A stretch of 64,000 nt of DNA from an uncultured Spirochaetota bacterium (GTDB taxonomy: Bacteria > Spirochaetota > UBA4802 > UBA5550): positions 192,001 to 256,000 of the forward strand of contig CAWHAA010000001.1 in the NCBI GenBank assembly GCA_963827275.1. The letters run 5' to 3'. Every line of letters begins with the position of its first letter. Within the stretch, counting starts at the first letter, position 1. The notes below the pieces were generated by a model. The model saw only the letters and a list, made by a program, of their open reading frames with translations, had not been told where the DNA came from and did no database searches. Of this stretch, positions 22,433 through 31,747 are shown piece after piece. Both the position numbers and the translations under genes were made by a program.

Positions 22433-22684
22433 TGGTATCTCCATGGATTTGAACATTCCGCCCGCAACGGATAGGATGATGCAGCAATAAAACAATAAAA
22501 CCATCTGTCAAATACAATACGTACGCCCGTGTATCGCATACTCATGTATGGAAATCCCTCATGGCAGATGTTACGCCGCTGCACCATGGAATCCAGTTAT
22601 TTTAGAATTTAATTAATTACTTTATATTTGTCAAGCTTTTTCCCATAAAAAATATCATTGACCGGCGCCATCATCTACGGGCAG

Positions 22685-23317
22685 ATGATGGGCATGAAAC
22701 ATACCGCCGGCAAACGCAGCATCGGGATCATTATCGCAACCACAATCGAGGCGGAGCCCTTCCTGAGGGGCCTCGATCTCGCCACCGCGGAGACAAAACC
22801 GGTCCGCGTATGGAGCGGGGAGCGCGTTGTTCTCGCGCTATCGGACATAGGAAAGTCAAACGCGGCGATAGCCACCGCGCATTGCATCGAGGCGCACCGG
22901 CCGTCGGTGATACTGAATTTCGGCGCGGCCGGCGCCGCAGACCCGAAGGCGGCGATCGGCGACATCTACCACGTGGACAAGGTGTATGAGCTCGACCGCC
23001 CGCAGATGCAGCACGCCACGCCGGTGGTGCACAAGCCCGACACGCTGAAGGGGTTCCGCAGGGCCTCGTGCGGCACCGCTGACCGGCCGGTGCTTGAAGC
23101 GCATGAACGCGCCCGCGCCGCGCAGTTCGCCGATATCGTCGACATGGAAGCGTCGGCCATTGTCCAGGCCTGCGGGCGGTACGGCGTGAAGTGCCACATC
23201 TTCAAGGTCATCACCGATACGGAGGGAAGCGGGGTGCGGGACATCATACGCAACATGGTGCTGACGAGGAATTCGCTTTTCGAGTTCTACCGGGACAGGG
23301 TGGCGCCCCTGGTGTAA
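22685..23317 (+). CDS. MTA/SAH nucleosidase / nucleoside phosphorylase family protein
   Basis: IGKSNAA, LNFGAAGA, VDMEASAI, KVITD. Start codon uncertain. Confidence 0.8.
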   Translation: MMGMKHTAGKRSIGIIIATTIEAEPFLRGLDLATAETKPVRVWSGERVVLALSDIGKSNAAIATAHCIEAHRPSVILNFGAAGAADPKAAIGDIYHVDKVYELDRPQMQHATPVVHKPDTLKGFRRASCGTADRPVLEAHERARAAQFADIVDMEASAIVQACGRYGVKCHIFKVITDTEGSGVRDIIRNMVLTRNSLFEFYRDRVAPLV

Positions 23318-23328
23318 CGGCGGGCGCC

Positions 23329-24273
23329 CTACAGCTCCGCCGGCTCCCTGATCGTGATAGCGTGCTTCTTCATGAAATCCCCGAACCCGTACACCTTTTT
23401 ACCGAGGAAGACCATGTCTATCGCCTGCACCGGGCAGTTATTCACACACCCCATGCACGCGATGCACCCCTTCCTGTCGATGAACGGCGTTTCCATGTCG
23501 ATCACCCCGACGGGGCATTTCTTCACGCAGATGCCGCATTTGGTGCATCGCTCCCTGTCGATCTGGTGCCTGGTTATCATGAGCTTGGTCAACTTCACCT
23601 GGAAAGACCCCTTCAGAAACTCCCCCGCGTAATATTCCTTCTTGATTACGGGCACGGCCCCCCCGCGCACCGTCGCGAGCACCTGTTCTGCGAACCCGCG
23701 CACCTGGCGGTAGATATCCTCATTCGGCCGGTCGCGGTACTTCAGGACCCGCTTTTCATTTCCCATGGACCAGGTCGGCGCGAAGGTTGACATGTTGCCG
23801 AATGTCGCGATGCCGGCCGGGACGCCGCCCTTCTCCGCCAGCAGCTGGAGGAGATACCACGCGGTATTGTACTGGTTGTCGCCCGGGCCCCCGAAGGTGG
23901 AATAGGCCGCGACCGGCGTGCCGTCTATCGACGGGATGTCCTTCAGCCATGACCGAACGTTTTCCGGCGCATCAAGATAATAGACCGGCGTGCCCATGAT
24001 GATGAGGTCGAAATTTTTGATTATGGATTGATCACAGTCGCGGATGTCGAGGGCCTTCACCTTCAGGCCGCGTTTTTCAAGCGTCCTGCCGATGAGCCTG
24101 CCGTTCCGCGCCGTGTGGCCCGCCTGGCTGTACCAGAGAACGAGCGCTGTTTTCGGATTGGTCGTCTTCATATTTTTCCCCGTTGTATCGATCCGCTCCC
24201 CGGCGCACCCCGGGACGGCCGCCATCGCGGCCGCGCCCGCGCCTGCAATCAGGAAGTTCCTTCTTGTTTCCAT
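23329..24273 (-). CDS. EFR1-family flavodoxin-ferredoxin fusion with Tat-like signal
   Basis: METRRNFL twin-arginine leader, YSQAGHT flavodoxin loop, CxxCxxCxxxCP twice. Confidence 0.85.
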   Translation of the reverse strand: METRRNFLIAGAGAAAMAAVPGCAGERIDTTGKNMKTTNPKTALVLWYSQAGHTARNGRLIGRTLEKRGLKVKALDIRDCDQSIIKNFDLIIMGTPVYYLDAPENVRSWLKDIPSIDGTPVAAYSTFGGPGDNQYNTAWYLLQLLAEKGGVPAGIATFGNMSTFAPTWSMGNEKRVLKYRDRPNEDIYRQVRGFAEQVLATVRGGAVPVIKKEYYAGEFLKGSFQVKLTKLMITRHQIDRERCTKCGICVKKCPVGVIDMETPFIDRKGCIACMGCVNNCPVQAIDMVFLGKKVYGFGDFMKKHAITIREPAEL

Positions 24274-24582
24274 ATACCCCTCCTTCCGCCGGGATAGTGG
24301 TAGCACCATGCCCGCGCCATGTCAAGTACCATACCGGCAACGCTACCGGTCGGCAGGAAACAAGTCCTTCATCAGCCGGCGGAACCCGGTATCGCCATGG
24401 CGGTGCCTGAGCTGCCGGAGCCCGAGGTAAAGAGAACAGTCACGGTTGTTATGATTGACTCACGAGCCTGATTCCACCATGCATCAAGGATAATAAATCC
24501 TGAACGAAGACAGCCCGCGAGAAACGCGGGTTGAATGATCCATACGCACCATCATTTTAAACGTTGAATCCGATCAGATCGT

Positions 24583-24616
24583 AACGGGGTTGTCCCGGGA
24601 CAACCCCGTTCTTTTT
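24583..24616 (+). terminator. Perfect 28-bp palindrome with T-tract (intrinsic terminator)
   Basis: AACGGGGTTGTCCC|GGGACAACCCCGTT followed by CTTTTT. Confidence 0.7.
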
Positions 24617-24627
24617 GCCCGCTTTTC

Positions 24628-25983
24628 CTATCCTGCTTCCCGGTCCGATGAAAGCTTCCTGAACACGAACACGAAGAAGAGCCCGGCGATATACATCTCC
24701 AGGCCATACACGCCGTTGACGATGAAAAGTGAGCTGTAGAAGTCGCCGACCTGGTCCTGGATGAGGATCGCCAGCGTCATGGAGAGCGCGGAATTGCGCA
24801 CCCCGGTTTCAAATGCGAGGGAGCGCATCTGCTTTGCCGGCAGGCGGAAAACTTTTGCCACTGCAATCGCCAGGAGCATGCCGGTCAGGGCCAGTGCCAG
24901 AGGAGCGAAGTAGAAGGAAACGCTATAACGCTCGGTATCAGCCAATGAGCCGAGGTTGGTCACCACGCCGGTCACCATGATGAAGAGCACCGTGATGATG
25001 CCCAGGACCGAGAAGATGGGGGCCGCTTTGATCGCGGCTTTTTCAAAGCGGGCCCGCAGCGTCATGCCCACCGCCAGGGGGACGATTACCAGTACGATGA
25101 TGGTCTGCGCAATGAGGCCCGAGGGAACGGTCGCTCCTGCCCCGGTGCTCCCGTACAGCTTGAGGAGAAGCGGTGTGCAGACAAGGGCCAGGATCGTAGA
25201 GACCGAGGTAAGGGAGATGGAGAGGGCAAGGTCACCCTTTGAGAAATGGGTGAGCAGGTTCGAGGTGACCCCGGCCGGGCTTGCCGTCGCCAGTATCAGG
25301 CCCATGTAGATGAAGGGAAAGGCGTGGTAGAACCCGAAGAGATGGCTCAGGCCGAGGGCGACCAGTGGCATCAGGCCGTACTGGAGCAGGACGCCCAGGA
25401 TGATCCCCAGGGGCTTGCGGATGACCAGCGTGAAGTCGCTGATCTTAAGGGTGAGCCCCATCCCCACCATGACGAAGAAGAGCATGAGCACAATCGAGAT
25501 CTTAAATATCCGGTCGAAGAGAACGGCCTTCGGCGCGCCGGTGATCCGGGCGAACGTGTAGGCCCTGCCATCATGGACGCCGGAAGCCGTATCAAGTTGA
25601 TACATCATCCTGTTTTCGGATAATTTTTCGAATTCTTCCGGGGTGCGTCCGCCCTCGGCCGGCAGGGAGAGGATGTACATGTCTCCGGCGGCGCCGCGTA
25701 TAAAGTAGAGGGGCTGACCACTGGCCGCGCCGGGGGCGGCTTTCGGCTTCAGGATGCGGAGGTTCCCGGTCAGGTCGGTTTTGCCGGCGGCTGACCAGTC
25801 AAGGTCCCGGGACCGGGCGTTTAATCCTTCCACGAAGGAAGCGTCTCCCTCGCTGATGATTTTTTTAGATAGATACCGATAGAGTTCTTCTCCTTCCGAA
25901 GACGCGCCAGCGGCCATGACGGCAGAGGCGAGAATGATCGAGCAGATGACCGCAGCTGCACTTGTTAGTTTTTTCATGGGCAT
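24628..25983 (-). CDS. Bile acid:sodium symporter (BASS) family transporter with an extra N-terminal exported domain
   Basis: MVGMGLTL, QYGLMP, SPAGVTSN, GDLALSISLT, ETGVRNS, preceded by a signal peptide and ~130 soluble residues. Confidence 0.88.
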   Translation of the reverse strand: MPMKKLTSAAAVICSIILASAVMAAGASSEGEELYRYLSKKIISEGDASFVEGLNARSRDLDWSAAGKTDLTGNLRILKPKAAPGAASGQPLYFIRGAAGDMYILSLPAEGGRTPEEFEKLSENRMMYQLDTASGVHDGRAYTFARITGAPKAVLFDRIFKISIVLMLFFVMVGMGLTLKISDFTLVIRKPLGIILGVLLQYGLMPLVALGLSHLFGFYHAFPFIYMGLILATASPAGVTSNLLTHFSKGDLALSISLTSVSTILALVCTPLLLKLYGSTGAGATVPSGLIAQTIIVLVIVPLAVGMTLRARFEKAAIKAAPIFSVLGIITVLFIMVTGVVTNLGSLADTERYSVSFYFAPLALALTGMLLAIAVAKVFRLPAKQMRSLAFETGVRNSALSMTLAILIQDQVGDFYSSLFIVNGVYGLEMYIAGLFFVFVFRKLSSDREAG

Positions 25984-26132
25984 ATACCTTCCTGTGTTAT
26001 TTTTTGAGGCTTACCCTCTGTTGCCGGGTTGTACCCGGTATAGAGAACCCGCTCGCCGAGTATATCCTCATTCGAGAGGATGACGGCCTTCGCGGAAATG
26101 GAGCCAATATCGATTCCGGCGGTGCAGATTAC
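25974..26132 (-). pseudogene. Truncated 5' fragment of an acyl-CoA dehydratase activase (HgdC/BcrAD-type ATPase)
   Basis: Hand translation VICTAGIDIGSISAKAVILSNEDILGERVLYTGYNPATEG... contains the ASKHA phosphate-1 motif GIDIGS. There is no ATG, and it stops after 53 codons. Confidence 0.8.
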
Positions 26133-27388
26133 CGCCGCTTTCTGCCGTGTAAAATCTCCATGAATGCCTCGATGCGCGTACCGATCTGCGCTTCGCTGAA
26201 GGCCCGCTCGTCGACCATGTCAGCCTCGATGATAAGGGTCGGGATCCCCAGCTCTTGCATGACCCGCTTCTGGAGATCGTACTGGCCGAGGGAATAGGGC
26301 TTGCAGCTCCTGTTCGAATGCATCACGAGACCATCGGCGCCGTATTTCAGGAGCATTTTTTTCAGCGTCTCGTACATTTTATCGATGGAGATATTGATGT
26401 ACACGCTTGAGTACGCCACGGCCATTGATTCGAGAAAATTATTTTCGTCAAGCAGGTGAATGACGCCGCTCCACGCCGACGTGTAGGTATCGGCGACAAG
26501 GGAGGCCTCGTGAGCCGCAAAGGTATCGGAGAGCCACTTGGTGCGGTACCACACGGGGAGATTGTCCCATATGAGACGGTACTTCTCGACCGGGAGCATC
26601 CCGATCCCTTCGGCGATGCGCGACCGCATCTCGTCCCGCAGCTGCGTGTAATAATCGACGGCGGCCTGCGTCCCCCGCAGGGTGACGATCAGCGCGAGAT
26701 GGAAGAAGGCGTCAAAGGCGGTCATGGGCGCCGGCCTGTGCATGGTCGTGTCGAGGACCTCCTGCCACAGCTTCTGGCCCTGTATGGAAAGCCGTCCGAC
26801 CTCGAGCATGTGATCATGGTCCATTTTCCTTCCGCATACGTGCTCTAAAAACAAGATATACTCCTGCATCTGGCGTACGACGTACCGCTTCGCGTCATCC
26901 GAAAATTCCGTGTGAATGAACGGCGTGTCCAGAATAAAGAGGGGGACGTTGAAGTAGCGCGCCTGCACCTCGTACCATTTGAGCACGGTCCCGCAGATAT
27001 TGTTGCAGCACACGAGAAAGTCGGGTTTCGGGAGACCGCCGATGGGCCCCCCGTTCACGGTCGCGCAGGATATGTCGGAGCGGGCGTACGAGCAGAGGTC
27101 GCGGGAGTATCCCATGGCCTCGGCCTTTTCGCAGAGATCGATCCCCATCCTGGTCGCGCCGATCATGGCGCCGTAATTCTCGGGATACACGGGGATCACT
27201 CCCATGGCGATCAGCGGCTCCACCGGCCCGCCGCTGGTGATCCACGCGACTTTCTTGCCGTTCTGCGCCGCTGATTTCGCGTCTATATAATAGGCGGTCA
27301 TGATTTCCTTCATCCTCTTGACCGACTTTATCTTTCGTTTCTCCTTTTCGGGGTCCTTAACGGAAGCATCCGGCTGTATCGTTGTCAT
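26129..27388 (-). CDS. 2-hydroxyacyl-CoA dehydratase family subunit (HgdA/FldB/BcrB-like)
   Basis: YPENYGA, GYSRDLCSYAR, GGLPKPD, NNICGT, HSNRSCKP, EADMVD, TRIEAFME. Confidence 0.88.
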   Translation of the reverse strand: MTTIQPDASVKDPEKEKRKIKSVKRMKEIMTAYYIDAKSAAQNGKKVAWITSGGPVEPLIAMGVIPVYPENYGAMIGATRMGIDLCEKAEAMGYSRDLCSYARSDISCATVNGGPIGGLPKPDFLVCCNNICGTVLKWYEVQARYFNVPLFILDTPFIHTEFSDDAKRYVVRQMQEYILFLEHVCGRKMDHDHMLEVGRLSIQGQKLWQEVLDTTMHRPAPMTAFDAFFHLALIVTLRGTQAAVDYYTQLRDEMRSRIAEGIGMLPVEKYRLIWDNLPVWYRTKWLSDTFAAHEASLVADTYTSAWSGVIHLLDENNFLESMAVAYSSVYINISIDKMYETLKKMLLKYGADGLVMHSNRSCKPYSLGQYDLQKRVMQELGIPTLIIEADMVDERAFSEAQIGTRIEAFMEILHGRKRR

Positions 27389-27400
27389 CGCATAACCTCG

Positions 27401-28519
27401 CTATAGTGTCGACATAAAGGTTTCAAGGCGCGTCCTGAGCTGTCCCTCGGGCGGGAGATGTTCTTCGATCTCGAGGAGCATGCTGGGCACCCCCGCCCTG
27501 TCGAGGTACTCCTTCATGTAGGGGTAATCGAAGGCGTGGGGATCGCAGAACTTGAGAAGGATGAAGACCACTCCGTCGGCCTTCGCGTCCTTGACCGAAC
27601 GCAGGAGCCCGTCGCCCCGCGCCGTATTCGACATGTGTTTCGCCGGGCAGACGATACGGTCAGTGTAGCGCGATGCGATCGCCCTTATCGGATCGCCGTC
27701 TTCGGCGATGATTCCCTGGAAATACCGCTCGCCGGTGCAGAGCTCGTCTCCGACCACGATCCCCCCCGACTCATTGAGAATCCCGTAGATGTCGGGGTGG
27801 TTGCACACGCCGCCGGCCAGGAAAATCCTCTTGTTTCCGTTCATGGCCGCCGGTTTTTCGCCGGCAAGCGCCGCGGCCAGCTCCGCGAGTTTCGCGGCCA
27901 GCTCGGTCCTGTCCATCACCATGGACGCCTTCATCACCGCGTGAAGATCACTGTCGCTGATGATCCCCGGTTTGTTCCTCCTGGCATTATAAATCCCGGA
28001 GAGCCGCTTCCGTATCCCGTTATACAGGGAGATCGACGCCCGTAGATCTTCGTCGCGTATCTCTTTTCCGAGCCCACTGGCAAGATCGGCCCTAAACTTT
28101 TTAATGACATCGGCCATGTAGTCCCGCGCGCTGTCCGTGTCAAGCTTGACCGGCATCACGACGTCGCAGTGCAGGGCGAAGCCGGCGTTCAGCCGCCATA
28201 TGTCCGACAGGCGCTGAATCGAATCGCAGGTGTGCGGGAACACCGTGCCGTCGAGAAAGCCCAGGGAACCGCTTAACGCGTCCTCGAGGGCCCCCCGCAC
28301 CAGGGAGCAGGCATAGGTCTGCAGGTGCGCATCGGCCCTGCTGATCCGCTCTTTCCCGCCGAAGATGCGGAAGGGAACGGCCCCCGCGGCCGTGATGATC
28401 TCCTCAGGGGCATAGCTGCACAGCGTTCCTACGATTTTCTTTCCGGTTTTTTCCTTGAGTGACCCGGCATACCCGTAGGGATCGCCGGCCACGGACCTGA
28501 ATAGTTCCAGTTCTTTCAT
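27401..28519 (-). CDS. 2-hydroxyacyl-CoA dehydratase family subunit (HgdB/FldC/BcrC-like)
   Basis: CSYAPEE, ACSLVRG, HTCDSIQRL, DELCTG, KFCDPH, GQLRTRLETF. Confidence 0.88.
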   Translation of the reverse strand: MKELELFRSVAGDPYGYAGSLKEKTGKKIVGTLCSYAPEEIITAAGAVPFRIFGGKERISRADAHLQTYACSLVRGALEDALSGSLGFLDGTVFPHTCDSIQRLSDIWRLNAGFALHCDVVMPVKLDTDSARDYMADVIKKFRADLASGLGKEIRDEDLRASISLYNGIRKRLSGIYNARRNKPGIISDSDLHAVMKASMVMDRTELAAKLAELAAALAGEKPAAMNGNKRIFLAGGVCNHPDIYGILNESGGIVVGDELCTGERYFQGIIAEDGDPIRAIASRYTDRIVCPAKHMSNTARGDGLLRSVKDAKADGVVFILLKFCDPHAFDYPYMKEYLDRAGVPSMLLEIEEHLPPEGQLRTRLETFMSTL

Positions 28520-28554
28520 TGGATCCTCCATACGATGAAACGTTCCGCCAGGGA

Positions 28555-30273
28555 TCATCTCCCTCCGGTGTACTGGCCATCTTTCTTGAGCCGGGCGATC
28601 GCCTCCTCCTCCAAGACCTTGTACGCTATCTTGCCCACGAGGGTCTTGGGGAGCTCGTCGCGGAACTCTATTTCACGCGGGCAGCTCCACTTGATGAGAT
28701 CCTTGCGGCAGTGTTCGATGAGCTCCTTCTCCATCTCCGGACCTTTCCGGGCGCCGTCGTTGAGGACGACATAGGCCCTGACCCGCTCTACCTGGTCCTT
28801 GTCCGGTATCCCGATGACGCACGCTTGCGACACCGCGGGATGTTTATAGAGCAGCTCCTCGACCTGCGCCGGATACACGTTCATGCCTGAAGACTTGATC
28901 ATCCTTTTCTGGCGGAGCTTGAAATAGAAGAACCCGTCACTGTCCATGGTGCAGATATCGCCCGTGTGGAGCCATGTCCTGCCGTCGCCATGCTTCCTGA
29001 GAACGGCGGCCGTTTCCTCCGGCTGGTCGAGATATCCCATCATGACGGCCGGCCCGGCAACGCAGAGCTCCCCCTCCTCGCCGACCGGGACTTCCTTCAC
29101 GGTGTCGGGTTTGACGATCTTGGCGAGCATGTCAGGGAAGGGAATTCCTACGCTCTTCTCCCGGTATTCTCCCAAGGGGGTGGCGATTATCCCGGTCACC
29201 GCCTCGGTGAGGCCGTATCCCTCGAGGAGCTTGACGTTTCCACCCTGCTTCCGGACGATCTCCTCGAAGCGGTCCTTTACCACCCGCGGGAGGCTGTCCG
29301 CCCCGCTGAACGCGGCCTTGATGCACGACAGGTCGGTCTTCTGGAAGAGGGGGCTCTTGTTCAATGCTTCATACAGTGTGGGCACACCGATAATGAACGT
29401 CGGCCTGTTCTTCCGTATGAGTTTCGCCACGTCCTCAGGGGTGAAGGTGGGCACCAGGATCGTTTTTCCTCCCCCCATGAGCGTGCCGTTGACGCAGACG
29501 CCGAGGCCGAACCCGTGGAAAATGGGAAGAATTGCAAGGGTCGATGACGTGTCATCCATTCCCACCCAATTGGCCACCATGTGTCCATGGGAAATGAAAT
29601 TGTAATTGGAGAGCATGATCCCCTTGGGAAATCCCGTGGTTCCCCCGCTGTATAGTATGACGGCCAGGTCGTTCGTGTCCGCTGAAATCCGGGGCAGTTC
29701 AGGATATTTCTTTTTCATCATATCCTTCCACCATGTGACCTGGGGATCGGCAGGCACCCCGGGGATCTTGCGGCCCGTGGTGGCCTTGAATCCGAGTTTC
29801 TTTATCATCGGTAGATAATCGGGGATTTTAGTCAGTATCAGGTGTTCAAGGGGTGCATTTTTCATGGCCTCCTTGAATTTGCCGTAAAAGGCGTCAATGG
29901 TGAGGGCTATTTTGCTTTTACTGACAGTGATATAAAATTCAATTTCCTTGGTAGTCGAGAGCGGATGGATCATGCTCGCCACGCCGCCAAGCTTATTCAC
30001 CGCGTAGAAACAGATGACACCCTGCGGTGATGTGGGCATCGAAATGGTAATGCGGTCCCCTTTTTTCATTCCCAGGGCGGCAAGGGCTTTGGCGCACTGA
30101 TCTATCTCTTCCGCAAATCTCTTATAGGTCGATGTGTATCCGAGAAAATCGTAAGCTGTCGCACCAGGCTTCTTCTCGACGCTTTTCATGATGGCCTGAT
30201 ACATCGTAATTTTCGGATAAATTACAGATGCAGGGATGTTCCCATAGTATTTTAACCATGGTTTTTTGTCCAT
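28555..30273 (-). CDS. Long-chain fatty acid--CoA ligase / AMP-binding protein
   Basis: LYSGGTTGFPKG, EGYGLTE, WLHTGD, PKTLVGK. Confidence 0.92.
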   Translation of the reverse strand: MDKKPWLKYYGNIPASVIYPKITMYQAIMKSVEKKPGATAYDFLGYTSTYKRFAEEIDQCAKALAALGMKKGDRITISMPTSPQGVICFYAVNKLGGVASMIHPLSTTKEIEFYITVSKSKIALTIDAFYGKFKEAMKNAPLEHLILTKIPDYLPMIKKLGFKATTGRKIPGVPADPQVTWWKDMMKKKYPELPRISADTNDLAVILYSGGTTGFPKGIMLSNYNFISHGHMVANWVGMDDTSSTLAILPIFHGFGLGVCVNGTLMGGGKTILVPTFTPEDVAKLIRKNRPTFIIGVPTLYEALNKSPLFQKTDLSCIKAAFSGADSLPRVVKDRFEEIVRKQGGNVKLLEGYGLTEAVTGIIATPLGEYREKSVGIPFPDMLAKIVKPDTVKEVPVGEEGELCVAGPAVMMGYLDQPEETAAVLRKHGDGRTWLHTGDICTMDSDGFFYFKLRQKRMIKSSGMNVYPAQVEELLYKHPAVSQACVIGIPDKDQVERVRAYVVLNDGARKGPEMEKELIEHCRKDLIKWSCPREIEFRDELPKTLVGKIAYKVLEEEAIARLKKDGQYTGGR

Positions 30274-30290
30274 TTTTTACCTCCAATGCT

Positions 30291-30307
30291 ATTCGGCATT
30301 ATCGAAT
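30291..30307. promoter_or_regulatory. Candidate IclR operator
   Basis: ATTCG-GCATTAT-CGAAT palindrome between divergent ligase and IclR genes; resembles TTCG...CGAA sites of PcaR/PobR-type regulators. Confidence 0.5.
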
Positions 30308-30395
30308 CATATGCTACATTGTAAAATTATATGCAACTATGTCAAACATTAATCAGCATTGTTCATTTTTTTTATTGACGATATTTTAATAAACC

Positions 30396-31298
30396 ATGAA
30401 AAATACCCCAATGAATTCAAAAAAAACCGATATCAATAAACGAAAGCTTATACAATCGATTGAGCGGGCCGCTGACATTCTTGAACTATTTATTAATGAA
30501 AAACGCTCACTCGGAATTGCCGACATTGCCAGACTGCTTGACCTGCCCCGCCCGACGATCCAGGGGATCGTCAACACCCTTATGGCGAGGGGATACCTTG
30601 AGAAGGACATGGTCAATGTACGCTACAGGCTGGGCCCCATGCTGTTCCAGCTGGGCATGAAATACGCGACAAACCTGGATCTTGTGAACATAGCGCGGGG
30701 ATGGACGGAACGGCTCTGTTTCCAGTTCAGTCAGGCGGTCAACATCGGCATGATCGTAGGCGACAGGGTGGTCGTGGTCCTCCGGATCGAGCCGGAAAAC
30801 CGTTTCATGGTCTTTCCCCAGACAGGGTCGGTCATTCCATCCCATACGACATGCATAGGAAAAATTCTTTTCGCTTTTATGGAAAATGATTTCAGGGATG
30901 AGCTCCTTTCCGGCTACTCCTTTGAACCGCTCACGCCCAATTCCATCACAACGCGCAAAAAATTCGATAGCGAGCTGGCCGTTATCCGCCAGCAGGAAAT
31001 AGCATTCGATAACGAAGAAAATATTATCGGCCTTGCCGGCATCGGCGCCCCTATCCGCAACCACCTCGGGCAGGTCATTGCCGCGTTTGCGATCACCGGC
31101 AACGCCGAGATCATCTATAAAAAGCGGGAAGAGATAATCATCTCCGTCCGGTACACCTCAAAGATGATATCGTCCCAGCTCGGATATACTGAAGATAATT
31201 CATGGGCGGCGAAGGCAACCTCCACACCAGTGATGCCGATAGCGTCGCCCTTCAGGCATGCAAAAAATTCATTTGCGCCGCAATCCAGCGCCATGTAA
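30396..31298 (+). CDS. IclR family transcriptional regulator; ~30-aa C-terminal read-through into a foreign remnant
   Basis: IQSIERAADIL, LPRPTIQGIVNTL, TCIGKILFA, DNEENIIGLAGIGAPI, ISSQLGY. Confidence 0.92.
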   Translation: MKNTPMNSKKTDINKRKLIQSIERAADILELFINEKRSLGIADIARLLDLPRPTIQGIVNTLMARGYLEKDMVNVRYRLGPMLFQLGMKYATNLDLVNIARGWTERLCFQFSQAVNIGMIVGDRVVVVLRIEPENRFMVFPQTGSVIPSHTTCIGKILFAFMENDFRDELLSGYSFEPLTPNSITTRKKFDSELAVIRQQEIAFDNEENIIGLAGIGAPIRNHLGQVIAAFAITGNAEIIYKKREEIIISVRYTSKMISSQLGYTEDNSWAAKATSTPVMPIASPFRHAKNSFAPQSSAM

Positions 31299-31492
31299 TG
31301 CATAATGCCTCGCTGTTGGATAACGTTTCAGAGTATTATACGCAGGCGCCGACAAACTACTATTCCTGGGTATTGCACAAACACGCCCTGAATAATAAAA
31401 TATACGGCTTTTGTTATGATGATGTGTACGATCAAAGCGCTTCACTTTATAGCGCCACTCCGCGGGGCATTATCGTAACTCTTGGACGATGA
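31202..31492 (+). pseudogene. C-terminal fragment of a GH64 beta-1,3-glucanase
   Basis: CAAIQRHV...YYTQAPTNYYSWVLHKHALNNKIYGFCYDDVYDQSASL matches the GH64 C-terminus (YGF.YDDV). An in-frame stop lies just upstream, and it overlaps the IclR 3' end. Confidence 0.75.
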
Positions 31493-31609
31493 CATGGTTT
31501 GACGCGGTGTTTTAATAGGTGATGGCACATTCTCCCTCTGCTCCCGTGGGGGGAGGGGGAGTTGTCTCATTTCCGCAGCACGAAACATCCCGTTGTTTAT
31601 CTGATAGGA

Positions 31610-31738
31610 TTATTATCTAAGAAATTACGTCCTCTCCGGTAAGGGCCCACGTGACACAATGCGTTTCATGTGAAGCCGTCCCCCTCTCAGATGAAGCGCC
31701 CTCTGTCACAAAAAACGCCGGATAGGGAGCTTGAACTA
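31610..31738. repeat. ~130-bp direct repeat, copy 1
   Basis: Aligns to 32754-32880: 4 mismatches in the first 65 nt by manual alignment, then more diverged. Confidence 0.9.
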
Positions 31739-31747
31739 TAGCGGGTT

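Noticed and set aside
24499..24533. CTGAACGA...GAAAC as a hammerhead ribozyme core
   Set aside because: The core is not CUGANGA, and the GAAA lies in a hairpin loop rather than 3' of stem II.
31530..31562. CTCCCTC...GGGGGGAGGGGGAG hairpin as a distinct element
   Set aside because: Single degenerate copy; it could be a terminator or REP-like remnant, with too little evidence to call.
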